This document shows positions 51,014-62,197 of a stretch of DNA of 64,000 nt, one piece after another; within the stretch, counting starts at the first letter, position 1, and every line of letters begins with the position of its first letter. A program made the translations under genes and the position numbers. The notes beneath the pieces were generated by a model. That model was not told where the DNA came from and ran no database searches. It saw only the letters and a list, made by a program, of their open reading frames with translations. Source of the stretch: Pseudomonadota bacterium (GTDB lineage: Bacteria; Pseudomonadota; Alphaproteobacteria; JBCCHK01); assembly GCA_039028835.1 (NCBI GenBank), contig JBCCHK010000007.1:72371-136370 (forward strand), given 5' to 3'.

Positions 51014-52036
51014 ATGAGACTCACAAAAACGACAATTGCTGCAGGGGTTCTTGCCCTGTTTGCGGCTGGTCACGCCGATGCGGCAAAACTTGACGAAATA
51101 CGAGCCCGCGGCGAACTGAACTGCGGTATCAACACCGGCTTGGTCGGCTTTGCCTTCACCGATGACGCAGGCAACTGGCAAGGCTTCGATGTGGATTATT
51201 GCCGCGCTGTGGCGGCTGCCGTCTTTGGCGATCCGGATGCTGTTAAGTACGTCAACCTGACCGGTAAGACACGCTTTCCAGCCCTGGTCTCCGGCGAGAT
51301 CGATGTCCTCTCACGGAATACCACCTGGACGTTCTCTCGTGATGTAGATCTTGGCCTGACCTTTGTCGGTGTAAACTACTACGACGGTCAAGGCTTCATC
51401 GGTCGTAAGTCGCTCGGCATCACCAGTGCCACCGAACTGGATGGCGCTTCCGTGTGCATCCAAACCGGGACAACCACCGAGTTGAACCTGGCCGACTTCA
51501 TGCGCGCGAACAACCTCAACTATGAGTCCGTGCCCATCGAAACCAACGAAGAAGCGCGTAGCTTTTACGAAGCCGAGCGGTGCGACGTGTACACCACCGA
51601 CGCCTCAGGTCTGGCCGCCACGCGGACGACCTTCCCCAATCCTGACGATCACATGGTTTTCCCAGAAATCATCTCTAAAGAGCCTCTGGGTCCCGTGGTT
51701 GCACAAGGGGACGATCAATGGGCCGATGTGGCGCGTTGGGTTCTTAACGCCCTCATCATCGCCGAAGAGATGGGCGTCCACTCCAAAAATGTGATTGCCA
51801 TGAAGAACTCCGATAGGGCGACTCCGGAAGTTAAGCGGATGCTCGGCGTGGAAGGTGATTACGGCGCCATGCTCGGTCTAGATAAAGATTGGGCCGTTGA
51901 CGTCATCAGAAGCGTCGGCAACTACGGCGAAATTTTTGAGCGCTATCTGGGTATGAATACCCCCATCCAACTGCAACGCGGCTTGAACGCGCAGTACACG
52001 GATGGCGGCATTCTCTACGCCCCGCCGCTTCGCTAA
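51014..52036 (+). CDS. aapJ: general L-amino-acid ABC transporter substrate-binding protein
   Basis: Signal peptide and AapJ/BztA-like sequence, followed by aapQMP. Confidence 0.85.
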   Translation: MRLTKTTIAAGVLALFAAGHADAAKLDEIRARGELNCGINTGLVGFAFTDDAGNWQGFDVDYCRAVAAAVFGDPDAVKYVNLTGKTRFPALVSGEIDVLSRNTTWTFSRDVDLGLTFVGVNYYDGQGFIGRKSLGITSATELDGASVCIQTGTTTELNLADFMRANNLNYESVPIETNEEARSFYEAERCDVYTTDASGLAATRTTFPNPDDHMVFPEIISKEPLGPVVAQGDDQWADVARWVLNALIIAEEMGVHSKNVIAMKNSDRATPEVKRMLGVEGDYGAMLGLDKDWAVDVIRSVGNYGEIFERYLGMNTPIQLQRGLNAQYTDGGILYAPPLR

Positions 52037-52044
52037 GACGGCAT

Positions 52045-52085
52045 AAAAAGCAGGAGGTTATCCTTTAACCTCCTGCTTTTTTTTA
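52045..52085 (+). terminator. rho-independent terminator after aapJ
   Basis: aaagcaggaggtta / taacctcctgcttt perfect stem followed by TTTTTTTT. Confidence 0.8.
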
Positions 52086-52118
52086 ACCTATATATAACCT
52101 ATATATCGGACTCTGATT

Positions 52119-53282
52119 GTGTTGGCCCTTGTAACCAATCTGCTCGCCAATCGCACGATACGGTCGATTGCCATTCAAGTGTTCACGGCGTTCGCGCTTG
52201 CCGCTGGGGTGACGTTCATCGCCTACAACACGGCGATCAACCTTGAAGCCCGTGGTCTTGCCAGTGGCTTTGATTTTCTTTCGCAACCGGCGCTTTACGA
52301 TATTAACCAGCGCCTGATTCACTACACATCCGAATCAACCCATGGCCGTGCTCTTGTGGTTGGCCTTCTTAATACGCTTTTGGTGGCTGTGCTTGGGATC
52401 ATCCTGGCGACCATCATCGGCTTTGTTTTAGGGGTCTTAAGTCTCTCGCCGAACTGGCTGGCGTCGCGCGCGGTCTATTGCATGGTCGAGTTTTTTCGTA
52501 ACGTGCCGGTCTTGCTCCACATTTTGCTCTGGCACGGCATTATCCTAGGCCTGCCCAAGGTGCGCGATACCTTGGTCTTGGGCGGCGGTACTTACCTTAA
52601 CAATCGCGGTTTATTTTTACCCCGGCCAGAATTTGAGGCCGGCGCATCGTGGGTGTTTTTCGCCTTCGTCTTGGCGATTATCCTTTCGTTTATCCTTGTG
52701 CGTTGGAACAAACGCCGCCAGGTTCTCACCGGACAAATTTTCCCCGCCTACTGGGCGTCTTTGGGGATCATCATCGTCCTGCCTTTGTTTGTGTTTATGG
52801 TGACGGGTGGCCCCATCAATCTCATTGCCCCCGAAGCCAGCCGCTTTAACATCAAGGGCGGCATTCAAATCTCGCCTGAGTTGGCCGCCCTGACCTGGGC
52901 ACTGGCGATTTATACGGGCGCGTTTATCTCTGAGATCGTGCGCGCCGGGATTCAATCGGTCAGCAAAGGCCAAACCGAAGCATCGCTATCCTTAGGCGTG
53001 AGCTCTGGGCGCACCATGCGCCTGGTGATTATCCCGCAAGCCTTGCGGTTGATTATTCCACCGCTCACCAGCCAGTACTTGAACCTCACCAAAAACTCCT
53101 CGCTTGCCATTGCCATCGGCTATGTCGATCTCGTTGGCACTATCGGCGGTATTACCCTCAACCAAACAGGGCAAGCCATCGAGTGTTTGTTTATCACTAT
53201 GATGATTTATCTCATGATTTCTCTCATTATTTCTATGGGCATGAATATCTATAATCGTCGCATGGCTCTTGTAGAAAGATAA
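52119..53282 (+). CDS. aapQ: general L-amino-acid ABC transporter permease
   Basis: Polar-amino-acid permease with EAA-like loop (…SLSLGVSSGRTMRLVIIPQALRLIIPPL…). Confidence 0.85.
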   Translation: MLALVTNLLANRTIRSIAIQVFTAFALAAGVTFIAYNTAINLEARGLASGFDFLSQPALYDINQRLIHYTSESTHGRALVVGLLNTLLVAVLGIILATIIGFVLGVLSLSPNWLASRAVYCMVEFFRNVPVLLHILLWHGIILGLPKVRDTLVLGGGTYLNNRGLFLPRPEFEAGASWVFFAFVLAIILSFILVRWNKRRQVLTGQIFPAYWASLGIIIVLPLFVFMVTGGPINLIAPEASRFNIKGGIQISPELAALTWALAIYTGAFISEIVRAGIQSVSKGQTEASLSLGVSSGRTMRLVIIPQALRLIIPPLTSQYLNLTKNSSLAIAIGYVDLVGTIGGITLNQTGQAIECLFITMMIYLMISLIISMGMNIYNRRMALVER

Positions 53283-53324
53283 ACAGATGACCACACCACA
53301 TCCTATCCCTCAGGAAACAGATCG

Positions 53325-54983
53325 ATGACGGTACGCCAAGAAACCTTACCTGACCGTCCGCCTCCCGCTTTTCAGGTTGGGATCGTCGGCTGGGCCCGCC
53401 AGAACTTATTTTCAGGGCCGATCAACACCGTGCTGACCCTGATTTTTATGTACTTTATCTATCAGGTGTTGCGCGACTTTATTCAGTGGGGTGTGCTCGA
53501 TGCCGACTGGTTTGCCGAGGATCGGTTCGCCTGTGAAAGTGGCGGGGCGTGTTGGGCCATCATTCGAGTCCGTTTTAGCCAGTTCGTCTATGGTTTTTAT
53601 CCGCTCGAGATGCGTTGGCGGTTGCACCTTTCGGCGATTGGTCTGCCCTTTGCCCTTGCGCCGTTGCTGGTCTCTAGCATCCCCTATCGGCGGCCGCTGT
53701 TGCTGTTTGCGTCCGCTTATCCTTTCCTTTCGGCGTTCATCATCTCTGGTGTGGACACGCAAGACGGAACCCTCTTGGGGGTTGCCTTAGTGGGGCTGAT
53801 CGCACCGCTAGCCCTCGCGCCGGTGTTATATCCCAAAATGAAAGGCGCAGGGATTCTTTCGGCCCTGAGCAAGACTTTCCCGATCATGATTTTGTTTTGG
53901 GTGTGGACAGTGAGTTACGAGCCGGAAAGTGCCTGGCGCATCGGCTTATTGCTGGCCACCTTTTTGCTCATGCTTTTTCCCTTATTGCTCGAGGCATCGG
54001 CAAGCCGCGGTAGGTCTATCGGCCTTGCTGTGCTTCCCTTTGTGATGGCCCTTTTGATGACGGCGCCGAGTTTTGCCAGTGGGGCACCGTCGCTCACAGC
54101 GCAGGTCATCGCGGTGATTGGTCTTTCTATCATGCTCAATGGCCTTGTGCGCCTGTTCATACCCAACGTGAGCGCGCTCATCGCTGGGATAGGGAGCGTC
54201 GTTGTTGCCATTGTGCTTGTCCTTTTGCCGGTCTATAGCGTATTGGCGATGGTCCTCGCGCCCCTGGTCTTCGGCGTACAAAGCGGATTTGCCGCTTTGG
54301 GAGCCGGGCTGTCGACCAATGGCTTTGCGCTTGCTGATGCGACCAAGTACGGCGGGCTCATGCTCACGATCATCGTGGGGCTTGTGGGCATCGCCGGCTC
54401 GTTGCCCATTGGGGTCGCTCTGGCCTTGGGGCGCCGGTCTGATTTGCCGGTGGTTCGGATCATCTGCGTCGGCTTTATCGAGTTCATTCGCGGCGTACCG
54501 CTGATTACCCTATTGTTCACGGCCTCTGTGATGCTGCCTTTGTTCATGCCGCAAGGGGTTACCTTTGCGCTGATTCCCCGGGTGCTCATCGTGGTGACCT
54601 TGTTTGCCTCGGGGTATATGGCCGAGGTTATTCGTGGTGGTTTGCAATCCTTATCTAAGGGCCAGTATGAAGCTGGGGATGCCATGGGACTCACCTACTG
54701 GCAGTCGATGTTGCTGATTATTTTGCCCCAAGCGTTAAAGGTTTCTATTCCGGCAATCGTGAATACCTTTATCGGTTTGTTTAAGGATACGACTCTGGTT
54801 TTAATTATCGGCCTTCTAGACCTGCTGGGTGTCGGCAAAGCGGCGCTGAGCGATACCAAATGGGTCGGCCTTGCCACCGAAGTGTATCTTTTTGTAGCCT
54901 TACTCTTCTTCATCTTTTGTTTTTCTATGTCCCGCTATTCCATCTGGTTGGAACGGCAATTGGCGACAGGCCATAAATCCTAG
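53325..54983 (+). CDS. aapM: general L-amino-acid ABC transporter permease with a long N-terminal membrane domain
   Basis: C-terminal permease core (…[30 protein letters not shown]…) plus ~300 aa of extra N-terminal TM segments. Confidence 0.8.
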   Translation: MTVRQETLPDRPPPAFQVGIVGWARQNLFSGPINTVLTLIFMYFIYQVLRDFIQWGVLDADWFAEDRFACESGGACWAIIRVRFSQFVYGFYPLEMRWRLHLSAIGLPFALAPLLVSSIPYRRPLLLFASAYPFLSAFIISGVDTQDGTLLGVALVGLIAPLALAPVLYPKMKGAGILSALSKTFPIMILFWVWTVSYEPESAWRIGLLLATFLLMLFPLLLEASASRGRSIGLAVLPFVMALLMTAPSFASGAPSLTAQVIAVIGLSIMLNGLVRLFIPNVSALIAGIGSVVVAIVLVLLPVYSVLAMVLAPLVFGVQSGFAALGAGLSTNGFALADATKYGGLMLTIIVGLVGIAGSLPIGVALALGRRSDLPVVRIICVGFIEFIRGVPLITLLFTASVMLPLFMPQGVTFALIPRVLIVVTLFASGYMAEVIRGGLQSLSKGQYEAGDAMGLTYWQSMLLIILPQALKVSIPAIVNTFIGLFKDTTLVLIIGLLDLLGVGKAALSDTKWVGLATEVYLFVALLFFIFCFSMSRYSIWLERQLATGHKS

Positions 54984-54994
54984 AGGACTCTATT

Positions 54995-55759
54995 ATGAGC
55001 GAACCTGCACCCCAGCAAACTGGTGACACGGTCATTAAGATCGAAAAACTCAATAAATGGTATGGCGAGTTCCATGTCCTCAAAGACATCGATATGACTG
55101 TACAGCGCGGCGAGAAGATCGTTATCTGTGGGCCGTCCGGATCGGGCAAGTCCACGCTGATTCGCTGTATCAATGCGTTGGAAGAATACCAAGAGGGAAG
55201 CCTTGCGGTGGATGATATTCAGGTAAATGAAAACCTGAAGAATATCGGCGCGATCCGACGAGAAGTCGGTATGGTGTTCCAGCAGTTTAATCTGTTCCCC
55301 CACCTTACCGTACTGGAAAACCTCACCCTTGCACCGGTGTGGGTGCGCAAACAGCCGAAAAAAGAGGCCGAAGATACCGCCCGCTATTATCTCGAGCGGG
55401 TCCGTATCCCCGACCAAGCGGATAAATACCCCGGCCAGCTGTCCGGGGGACAGCAACAGCGCGTGGCGATTGCACGATCTTTATGCATGAAGCCAAAAAT
55501 CATGCTGTTTGATGAACCAACCTCGGCTCTGGATCCGGAAATGATTAAAGAGGTGCTCGATGTGATGATCGAGCTCGCGAACGAGGGCATGACCATGCTA
55601 TGCGTGACCCATGAGATGGGCTTTGCCCGCAAGGTCGCCAACCGTGTCGTCTTTATGGACTATGGCCAGATCGTCGAGGAAAACGAGCCCGAGCAGTTCT
55701 TTGCCAATCCTGAGTCTGAGCGTCTCAAGCTATTCTTGAGTCAGATTCTCAACCACTAA
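54995..55759 (+). CDS. aapP: general L-amino-acid ABC transporter ATP-binding protein
   Basis: [32 protein letters not shown]. Confidence 0.9.
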   Translation: MSEPAPQQTGDTVIKIEKLNKWYGEFHVLKDIDMTVQRGEKIVICGPSGSGKSTLIRCINALEEYQEGSLAVDDIQVNENLKNIGAIRREVGMVFQQFNLFPHLTVLENLTLAPVWVRKQPKKEAEDTARYYLERVRIPDQADKYPGQLSGGQQQRVAIARSLCMKPKIMLFDEPTSALDPEMIKEVLDVMIELANEGMTMLCVTHEMGFARKVANRVVFMDYGQIVEENEPEQFFANPESERLKLFLSQILNH

Positions 55760-55799
55760 TCCTTGTCGCGATTGTCATAGCCTTGCCGGTAAGTCGGTT

Positions 55800-56303
55800 G
55801 TGACATCCTTGATGCCGCTCAATCCCCAGAGTAAAGACGTCTACCGCCCTGGTGTCGGGGTCGTGCTGTGCAAGGGGGGGCGCGTTTTCGTCGGTGAGCG
55901 TTTGGATACTCCCGGCGCTTGGCAACTCCCCCAAGGTGGCATCGATCCAGGCGAAACCCCGCACCAGGCCTTGATCCGCGAGGTATCGGAGGAAACGGGC
56001 CTGATTATTACCTCTCACGATATCCTTGCCGAAGTGAGAGAATGGTTGGCTTATGACTTACCCGCCAACGTCATCCCGCTCCTTTTCGGCGGTCGCTATC
56101 GTGGTCAGCGACAAAAATGGTTCGCCGTGGCCTATGGCGGGCCGGACGCGGCGATCAACCTGCGCACCAGCGATGCCCCAGAGTTTAGCCGTTGGCAGTG
56201 GTTGGAGCCTGATCGCGTGGTGGACGTTGCGGTCAGCTTTAAGCGCGCCCTTTATGAGCAAGTAATGGCAGAACTCATGGTCGCAATCTTGGACGCCCGT
56301 TAA
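55800..56303 (+). CDS. rppH: RNA pyrophosphohydrolase (NUDIX)
   Basis: YRPGVGVVLCKGGRVFVGERLDTPGAWQLPQGGIDPGETPHQALIREVSEETGL (Nudix box). Confidence 0.85.
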   Translation: MTSLMPLNPQSKDVYRPGVGVVLCKGGRVFVGERLDTPGAWQLPQGGIDPGETPHQALIREVSEETGLIITSHDILAEVREWLAYDLPANVIPLLFGGRYRGQRQKWFAVAYGGPDAAINLRTSDAPEFSRWQWLEPDRVVDVAVSFKRALYEQVMAELMVAILDAR

Positions 56304-56401
56304 CGAGTCTTAAAAGCAGACCCAGTAATGACGGGTCTTGAGTCCCGCCGGAAAATCGTTACAATAACGCCTGTTCTCCTTTTTATTTTGGTGTGACTCC
56401 C

Positions 56402-56851
56402 ATGCGACACAGACTCAAAGGGCGCAAGCTTAATCGCACGTCCAGCCATCGGCGTGCGCTGTTTGCCAACATGGCCGCAGCCCTCATCAAGCACGAACAG
56501 ATCACCACCACCTTACCCAAAGCCAAAGAGTTGCGCGGCGTGGTTGATCGGCTGATTACGCTGAGCAAAAAAGGTGGGTTGGCGCGCCGTCGCATGGCCG
56601 AATCGCGGATGCGTGATGCGGCGATGACTAAGAAACTTTTTGACGTGCTTGCGTCGCGCTACGCCAAGCGGGACGGGGGCTATACCCGGGTGCTCCGTGC
56701 TGGGTTTCGTTATGGCGATGATGCGCCCCTCGCGGTGATCGAGCTCGTTGATCGCGACGTGAGCGCTAAAGGACAAGACAGCGGGCCACCCCCAGGCGAG
56801 CAAGCAAGCGGCGATGGCCAAAGTTCGGTCCCAGGCGCAGACGCCGCCTAA
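56402..56851 (+). CDS. rplQ: 50S ribosomal protein L17 (orphan, not preceded by rpoA)
   Basis: [45 protein letters not shown]… canonical L17 with a short acidic/Gly tail. Confidence 0.9.
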   Translation: MRHRLKGRKLNRTSSHRRALFANMAAALIKHEQITTTLPKAKELRGVVDRLITLSKKGGLARRRMAESRMRDAAMTKKLFDVLASRYAKRDGGYTRVLRAGFRYGDDAPLAVIELVDRDVSAKGQDSGPPPGEQASGDGQSSVPGADAA

Positions 56852-58532
56852 CGCTCCTCATCACGCCGCTTCGGATGGTCTTGGACGGCCCGTCGATGCC
56901 TGTGGTCGAGCAATCGCGCGGGATCGCACGTTTGTTTCGGTGCCCGACACCCAGGCAAACCCCGTTTTGCAACATATTCGCGGGGCGAGCGATGCGGCTT
57001 CTCTGGGCCGGCGTTATACGGACCGAGCCCTGCATCAGGCCTATCGTCCGCCCGATCCTCAAGCCGCTGCCGCTTTTGATGCCTTAGAACAAGCCCGCTG
57101 TGAGGCTTTGGGGGTGCGCACCTATCGCGGGATTCGCCATAACCTTCAGGGCTTGCACACCCATACCTGTCACCAAGACCGTAGCCCTGAGCCGCTCTTG
57201 CTGGACCAGAGTCTTGCCTGGCTGGCGCGTGAGCGGTGGTTTGATTGTTCTCCGCCAGCAAAAACGAGCGGCAAGCTCAAGCCCTGGCGAAAAAAGCTCA
57301 AGCATGTCATCGCTGATTTGGATGACGTCATCGATGACCAACAGCAGTTTGCCCAGCGGGCGCGGGACTTGATTGATTCCTTAGAAGCAGGACGCGATGA
57401 TAACGCCGACGCCCCGCCCGAGGATCAGGAGGATACCCCAGAAGACCAACTTGCGCAGGCCCCCGAAGACCATGATGATGGCCAGCAGGATACAACCTCG
57501 GCCCGTACGAGCCCCGAAGGGGCTGCCCAGATAGAAAAAGACCAACAGGAAAGGAGTGAAACCCCGGCCGGTGAATCGCCGCCGCGACCAAGAGCACAAA
57601 GCTTAGGCACCCAGTACCGAATTTTTACGACTGAGTTTGATCGAGTCATCGATGCCGATAAACTTGCCAGTGATCGGGCTCAAGCGGCAAGTTTGCGTAA
57701 AGAGTTGGATATCCGTATGGCGCCGCTCAAGGGCGTGATGACCAAGCTGGCCAATCGTTTGCAGCGGTTGCTGTTATCTCAGCAAAATCACAGCTGGACC
57801 TTTGATCTAGAAGAGGGTTTGCTCGATGCCGCGCGTCTGCCGCGGGTCATCATCGATCCCACCAACCCGTTAAGCTTTAAGCGCGAGCGACGGCATGACT
57901 TTCGCGATACAGTCGTCAGCCTTTTAATCGATAATTCAGGATCGATGCGGGGAAGGCCTATCTCGGTGGCTGCGATCAGCGCAGACTTGCTCGCCCGGAC
58001 GTTGGAGCGATGCGGCGTGGCGGTAGAGGTATTGGGCTTTACCACCGGCGCATGGAAAGGGGGGCGCGTGCGCCAGCTATGGAACGAAGAGGCGCAAGAT
58101 GGTCCCCCCGGACGGCTCAACGAATTGTTGCATGTGATCTATAAAAAAGCCGATGAGCCATGGCGTCGCGCGCGGCAAAAAATCGCCTTGATGTTGATCG
58201 AGGGGCTCTTAAAAGAAAACATCGACGGCGAAGCACTCTTGTGGGCGTATCAGCGCTTGTGTGCACGTCCGGAGTCCCGGCGGATCTTGATGGTCATTTC
58301 CGATGGCGCGCCGGTGGATGATAGTACCAATTCTGCCAACCCGCCAGGGTACTTAGAAGCGCATCTACGCAGGGTGATTAAGGACATTCAAAACGATGGG
58401 GTTGTGGAACTGCTCGCCATTGGTGTCGGTCATGACGTGACAGACTATTATGACCGGGCGATCACGATCATCGGCGTGGATGAGCTTGCCAAGGCGATGG
58501 TCGAGCAATGTGCGGATCTGTTCGCCGCTTAA
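56814..58532 (+). CDS. cobT: cobaltochelatase subunit CobT (vWA-domain protein)
   Basis: N-terminus similar to CobT ([11 protein letters not shown]…), a central acidic stretch and a C-terminal vWA domain ([12 protein letters not shown]… MIDAS). Start uncertain; overlaps the rplQ 3' end. Confidence 0.8.
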   Translation: MAKVRSQAQTPPNAPHHAASDGLGRPVDACGRAIARDRTFVSVPDTQANPVLQHIRGASDAASLGRRYTDRALHQAYRPPDPQAAAAFDALEQARCEALGVRTYRGIRHNLQGLHTHTCHQDRSPEPLLLDQSLAWLARERWFDCSPPAKTSGKLKPWRKKLKHVIADLDDVIDDQQQFAQRARDLIDSLEAGRDDNADAPPEDQEDTPEDQLAQAPEDHDDGQQDTTSARTSPEGAAQIEKDQQERSETPAGESPPRPRAQSLGTQYRIFTTEFDRVIDADKLASDRAQAASLRKELDIRMAPLKGVMTKLANRLQRLLLSQQNHSWTFDLEEGLLDAARLPRVIIDPTNPLSFKRERRHDFRDTVVSLLIDNSGSMRGRPISVAAISADLLARTLERCGVAVEVLGFTTGAWKGGRVRQLWNEEAQDGPPGRLNELLHVIYKKADEPWRRARQKIALMLIEGLLKENIDGEALLWAYQRLCARPESRRILMVISDGAPVDDSTNSANPPGYLEAHLRRVIKDIQNDGVVELLAIGVGHDVTDYYDRAITIIGVDELAKAMVEQCADLFAA

Positions 58533-60283
58533 GTTCTTAGAAAATCAGGGAGATGACGGGACTCGCCAAAGGGAGTCTTGTCTTGCTCTTTAGCGGGGTG
58601 TCGGTTTTCTCCATCCCGCCGGTTCGATGACCGTGACGACCCGTGGTCATCAGTCCGTCGTTTGTTGTTACGCTTATCGCGTTGTTCATCGCGTCGCTCG
58701 GGGCGTTGTTCGGCGCGCCGATCATCCCAGCGATCATCACGACCATCGCGACCATCATGATGATCCTCATGAGGGACTTCATCCTGGCGCGCACGGTGCG
58801 GGCTTTCTAGTCGCCCTTCTTTGAACGCTTGGCGATCAGCTTCGCGGCGGGCCGCGCGGCGGGTGGCCGCATCATCTTGTGTGTCATCTTCTGGCGCGTT
58901 GTTCTCATGCGTTTTATCCTGAATATTGCGGGCCGCGCGACGAGTTTTATGGTCTTGGACCGTGGTGGGCGCGGATTCATCGTCATCCGTAGCGTCTTTA
59001 TTTGTTGTTTTTTTCGTCGCTTTCTTTGCTGTCTTTTTTGGTGTCGTTTTCTCTTTACTCGTTTTTTCTTTGGTCTTTTTTTCTACTTTTTTGCTATCGG
59101 CTACTAATTCTTCCTCTGTCTCATCCAGCCGAGCAGGAGGCGTGGTTTGTGTTTGCGCTAAGGCATCGGCATCGATCCGTCCTTGCCAGATTGGTATCTG
59201 TAGCCGGATGGTTTTTTCGATCTCTTTAACGTCATCCATTTCCGCCCCGCGACACAGGGTAAAGGCAGTGCCAGAACGACCCGCACGGCCTGTGCGACCA
59301 ATACGGTGAATATATTCATCCGGGTGGGTTGGCGGTTGGTAGTTCACGACGAGGGGCAACTCAGCAATATCCAAGCCCCTTGCGGCGACATCGCTGCACA
59401 CCAGAAAGCGAAACTCATTATCCTTAAAGGCTTTGATGACCCGGGTGCGCGAGGGTTGATCCATATCCCCGTGCAACCGGCGGGCATCCAATCCACGCTT
59501 GACTAAATCCCGTACGAGTTGATCCACATCGCGTTTGCGATTACAGAAAATCAAGGCACGGCCATCTTGGTTCGCGTGTAGAATATCGAGCAGAGTATCG
59601 ATCTTGCGGGATGATTTTACAAGCCACTGGGAGATTTTATCCACCGTGCTTGCTGGTGGTGCGACGGTGATTTCTTCTGGTTCATTCATGAACTTGATCG
59701 CCAGAGTTCGGATCGCGGGCGGCATCGTGGCTGAAAAAAGCAAGGTTTGCGGTTTGCCCGGAATGACTTTTAACAGGGTTTCTACGTCAGGAATAAATCC
59801 CATATCGAGCATGCGATCAGCTTCGTCGATGACCAAGTACTTAATCCCGGCAAGCATGAGCTTGCCGCGTTCTACCATATCGATCAGCCGCCCAGGTGTG
59901 CCGATCACGATGTGACTGGGGCCATCAAGGGCCTTGGTTTGTTCTTTGATATTGCCGCCACCAACCAGCAGGGTGTGGGCGATGCTGCAGCCGTCCCCTA
60001 GGATTGTCAAGTGTTCGCTGACCTGACTGGCGAGTTCTCGTGTCGGTTCGATAATCAGGGCTTGCGGCATACGCGCAGGGCCGAGTCGGGCGATAAGTTT
60101 TTCTATAATAGGCAATATAAAACTGGCAGTCTTTCCCGTACCGGTTTGCGCGATACCGATCAAATCTTGGCCATTACGCACGACAGGGATCGCTTGCTGC
60201 TGGATTGGCGTAGGGGTGCTATATCCGGCAGCAGCAATGCTGGTATCGAGTTTGGCGGGAAAAGAAAAATCAGAAAAGTTCAT
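58529..60283 (-). CDS. DEAD-box ATP-dependent RNA helicase with a ~200-aa charged low-complexity C-terminal tail
   Basis: Q motif, [15 protein letters not shown] and [10 protein letters not shown] motifs. The tail is Lys-rich, then Arg/Asp/Glu-rich (…[32 protein letters not shown]…). Confidence 0.85.
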   Translation of the reverse strand: MNFSDFSFPAKLDTSIAAAGYSTPTPIQQQAIPVVRNGQDLIGIAQTGTGKTASFILPIIEKLIARLGPARMPQALIIEPTRELASQVSEHLTILGDGCSIAHTLLVGGGNIKEQTKALDGPSHIVIGTPGRLIDMVERGKLMLAGIKYLVIDEADRMLDMGFIPDVETLLKVIPGKPQTLLFSATMPPAIRTLAIKFMNEPEEITVAPPASTVDKISQWLVKSSRKIDTLLDILHANQDGRALIFCNRKRDVDQLVRDLVKRGLDARRLHGDMDQPSRTRVIKAFKDNEFRFLVCSDVAARGLDIAELPLVVNYQPPTHPDEYIHRIGRTGRAGRSGTAFTLCRGAEMDDVKEIEKTIRLQIPIWQGRIDADALAQTQTTPPARLDETEEELVADSKKVEKKTKEKTSKEKTTPKKTAKKATKKTTNKDATDDDESAPTTVQDHKTRRAARNIQDKTHENNAPEDDTQDDAATRRAARREADRQAFKEGRLESPHRARQDEVPHEDHHDGRDGRDDRWDDRRAEQRPERRDEQRDKRNNKRRTDDHGSSRSSNRRDGENRHPAKEQDKTPFGESRHLPDFLRT

Positions 60284-60340
60284 TATCTATATTATCCTGG
60301 TCTCTATCTTGGGCGAACGTTGAGGTGAACGGATGGGTAA

Positions 60341-61213
60341 TCACGCATTGTCCGAAGGGGAATCGCGTAACGCATTGCGAATTTTACTAAAGGCGCGGGC
60401 TTCGAGTTGGCGAATGCGTTCACGGCTGACCCCGAAACGCTGACTGAGCGTCTCAAGGCTTTGGGGGTTGGTGGTAAGGCGGCGGTTATTCAAAATGGTG
60501 CGTTCTCGCCCATCTAGGTGAGTCATGGCCTGGCGCAGGCGTCGTTGCCAGATTTGATGTTCTTGTTTGTCAGCAATGTCCTGGACGAAATCAGACTCCT
60601 CATCCGCGATGTTATCCAACCACGGCTCATCGCTGTCGGGACGGGTCACATCTAGGGAAAGATCGCCGCCGCTCATCCGTTGGTCCATGTCCTTGACATC
60701 TTTTTCTGACACACCGAGCTCTTGCGCAACCTCACTCACGTGTTCTGGCGTGAGTTGTCCGGCATCGATCCGCTGCAGGCGATTTTTAATACGTCGCAGG
60801 TTAAAAAAGAGTTTGCGCTGGGCGGAGGTGGTGCCGACTCGCACCAGCGACCAGCTACGCAACACGTACTCTTGAATGGATGATTTAATCCACCAAATCG
60901 CATAGGTCGACAGGCGAAAGCCTCGATCAGGGTCAAACCGCCGAACGGCCTGCATGAGGCCCAAAGTGCCCTCGGCAATCAAATCCGAGATCGGCAAGCC
61001 ATAGCCGTTATAGCCCGCCGCTGTTTTGGCCACCAAGCGAAGGTGGGAGGTCACGAGTTTTTGTGCAGCGTCCGCATCACCGTGTTCCCTCCAAGCGGTG
61101 GCGAGCATATACTCTTCATCAGCATCCAGCATGGGATACTTGCGAATTTGGGCAAGATATCGCGCTAGATAACCGTCAGGATCAACGGAAGGGACAATGC
61201 TTTGTTCACTCAT
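60341..61213 (-). CDS. rpoH: RNA polymerase sigma-32 factor
   Basis: RpoH box QRKLFFNLRRIKN; regions 2 and 4 conserved; 290 aa. Confidence 0.9.
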   Translation of the reverse strand: MSEQSIVPSVDPDGYLARYLAQIRKYPMLDADEEYMLATAWREHGDADAAQKLVTSHLRLVAKTAAGYNGYGLPISDLIAEGTLGLMQAVRRFDPDRGFRLSTYAIWWIKSSIQEYVLRSWSLVRVGTTSAQRKLFFNLRRIKNRLQRIDAGQLTPEHVSEVAQELGVSEKDVKDMDQRMSGGDLSLDVTRPDSDEPWLDNIADEESDFVQDIADKQEHQIWQRRLRQAMTHLDGRERTILNNRRLTTNPQSLETLSQRFGVSRERIRQLEARAFSKIRNALRDSPSDNA

Positions 61214-61239
61214 TGGCTATACCTGATAAGGCCCGGCAT

Positions 61240-62193
61240 ATGACCACTCCTCTTCCCAAAGACATGCATTCGGTTCTCGCCTCGCTTTGGGCGCGGGCGC
61301 AAGGGGATCATCGAACAGATGATACGCTGATTGCGCCGGGGCTGTACGTGGTGGCAACGCCGATTGGGCACTTGGCGGATATCACCGTGCGCGCCTTGAC
61401 GGTGTTGCGCTCGGTTGAGGCGATCATCTGTGAGGACACCCGCCGGACGCGTATCTTGCTCCATGCCTATGGCCTGCGCAAACGTTTGTTGTCCCATCAT
61501 GCCCATAACCAAGCACGCACGACGGACTCGCTGCTTGCTCGGTTGCGCGATGGGCAAGCTCTTGCGTTGGTCAGCGATGCGGGGATGCCAACGATTAGTG
61601 ATCCTGGCACGCACCTGATCGCGGCTGCACAAGAGGCGGGCGTGAGGGTTCATTGTGTGCCCGGTGCCAGTGCCGTCACGGCCGCGGCCGCGGTGAGTGG
61701 GCTCACTGTGGATCGTTTTGTCTTCGCCGGATTCATTCCCAGTGCGCGCACCGCGCGCCGGGCTTGGTTGCGGGCATTGAGCCAGGAGGCCACCATTGCG
61801 CTGGAGGCGCCCCATCGGCTGGCTGATTGTTTGGCTGACATGGTCGAGCTGATGCCCGCGCGGCGGCTTGCGGTGACCCGCGAACTCACCAAGGTTTTTG
61901 AGGAGGTTGCGGTGGGGCCTGCAGGTGCGTTGATCGATCGTTTCCCCAAGCCCAAGGGGGAAGTGACGTTGGTTATCGAGGCCGCTGCGGCTCAGGCAGT
62001 CATCACGCAAGAGGCTTTGGATGGGGCGATCCACAAGATGCGGGTAGCCCAGCCCGGCGGGTCGGTGCGCGATATTGCCGCCCGCGTGGCACAAGAGCTG
62101 GCGATTCCCCGTCGTCGGGCTTACCAAAGGGTGCTCGCACTTAGCTGTGAGGGACGGGGTGCCCAATCGGAGACGAAAAAGGATGCTGAGTAG
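61240..62193 (+). CDS. rsmI: 16S rRNA (cytidine1402-2'-O)-methyltransferase
   Basis: Tetrapyrrole-methylase fold (LYVVATPIGHLADITVRAL…EDTRRT…). The start is chosen after the rpoH overlap and could be 61264. Confidence 0.85.
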   Translation: MTTPLPKDMHSVLASLWARAQGDHRTDDTLIAPGLYVVATPIGHLADITVRALTVLRSVEAIICEDTRRTRILLHAYGLRKRLLSHHAHNQARTTDSLLARLRDGQALALVSDAGMPTISDPGTHLIAAAQEAGVRVHCVPGASAVTAAAAVSGLTVDRFVFAGFIPSARTARRAWLRALSQEATIALEAPHRLADCLADMVELMPARRLAVTRELTKVFEEVAVGPAGALIDRFPKPKGEVTLVIEAAAAQAVITQEALDGAIHKMRVAQPGGSVRDIAARVAQELAIPRRRAYQRVLALSCEGRGAQSETKKDAE

Positions 62194-62197
62194 ATTG

